Source of the DNA: Podarcis liolepis | Taxonomy: Eukaryota | Strand: one strand, 5' to 3' | NCBI GenBank assembly: GCA_965112155.1 | Contig: OZ218100.1 | DNA: 64,000 nt | The notes under the pieces: generated by a model | Databases searched by the model: none | Seen by the model: the letters and a program-made list of their open reading frames with translations, nothing else | Told to the model about the DNA's origin: nothing | Translations under genes and position numbers: made by a program | Part shown: one piece after another, positions 63,161 to 64,000 of the stretch | Layout: every line of letters begins with the position of its first letter | Position numbering within the stretch: the stretch's first letter is position 1

Positions 63161-63729
63161 AAGAAAGAAATTTCTCTCTCTCTCTCTCTCTCTTCTTTAA
63201 ATGGGCTGCTTTAACAAGTCAGTGTGTTAACGCCTAGCCAACAAAAATTATGTTAAGACTAGAATACCTATAAGCTTTCAGAGATCCTTGTGAAATAAAA
63301 TTGGTCAGGGGAAGAAAAAAGCTTCTCTTGAATATAGGAAAAGGCACTTGGGAAGTTAGGTGTTAAATGTGTTTGGCTCATTATCACCGATCAAAATCTG
63401 GTAAAATGATTGCTTGAAAATGTGTGGCTTCTTTACAATAAAGGTAACTCACAACTTATGCATTTATAAAAAGAAAAGAAAAGAAAAGAAAAGAAAAGGC
63501 TCATTGCGGAGTCTGCAGCTCCAGAATCTTCTAGCAAGGAAACAGCTCAAGACATTTTGCTGCCTGAGGCAGACCAGCAGATACTACCTCTCCCATACTA
63601 CCCAAGGCCAGGCCAGTTATTTTGGCAGCTGTGGCATAGCTATCTCTCACAGAACTGCCTCTCTCCCTTCCTGGAAGTAAAAATACAACCAAAGTACATT
63701 AAATGACTAACAACTGACTGCCCTTTCAT

Positions 63730-63948
63730 AGGGTTGCCATATTTCAAACAGAAAAGCTGTTGAGCTTTTTTTTTTTTTTTAAAAAAAAAGAAGCTCTTTT
63801 TATAGAAAATTGGCGAAAATGGCACGGCCAACATGGGCTGCCTCACATCTGGATTTTCCCAGACATTTTTACCGATTTCCACCCAGACACTGCTGCTGAC
63901 TGCAGTATTCTGTATATGTCCTGGAAATTCCGGACGTGTGACAACCCT
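63730..63948. mobile_element. MITE (AGGGTTGCCA / TGACAACCCT termini); related fragment at ~28585-28778
   Basis: Imperfect TIR and shared internal GGATTTTCCCAGACATTT...CCAGACACTGCTGC. Confidence 0.6.
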
Positions 63949-64000
63949 GCCATTCATGCCAACCACTTTGCCCTGCAAACTGTACTTCCATGAGGGCTGA

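Overview
Vertebrate genomic DNA from a squamate reptile, most likely a lacertid lizard (Sauria-type SINEs, RTE-BovB, CR1, L2, L1, squamate MITEs). The only intact protein-coding gene I can support is MYCN on the + strand: promoter/CpG island ~550-1090, exon 1 ~1087-1286, exon 2 ~2948-3871 (CDS from 3055), exon 3 6152-~7670 (stop at 6750, 471 aa product). Its 3' UTR carries recognisable miRNA seed sites and a 242-N assembly gap. The remaining ~56 kb is a repeat-rich gene desert. Points of interest: (1) two copies of one non-autonomous hAT element (12081-12914, 26641-27565; perfect 8-bp TSDs) carry different CpG-island cargos that look like captured host promoter/first-exon fragments (Pack-MULE-like); (2) an exon-1 upstream ATG stays in frame with N-Myc after splicing, whether exon 2 is included or skipped; (3) a 5'-truncated ZBTB33/Kaiso pseudogene (61245-62936) is split by a SINE and a MITE and abuts an L1 ORF2 fragment; (4) a ~3.4-kb decayed element has a YY1-type start, weak L1-ORF1-like motifs and three ~400-bp coding-like tandem units, one interrupted by a solo LTR. 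Family names and similarities to human sequences come from recall, not from database searches.
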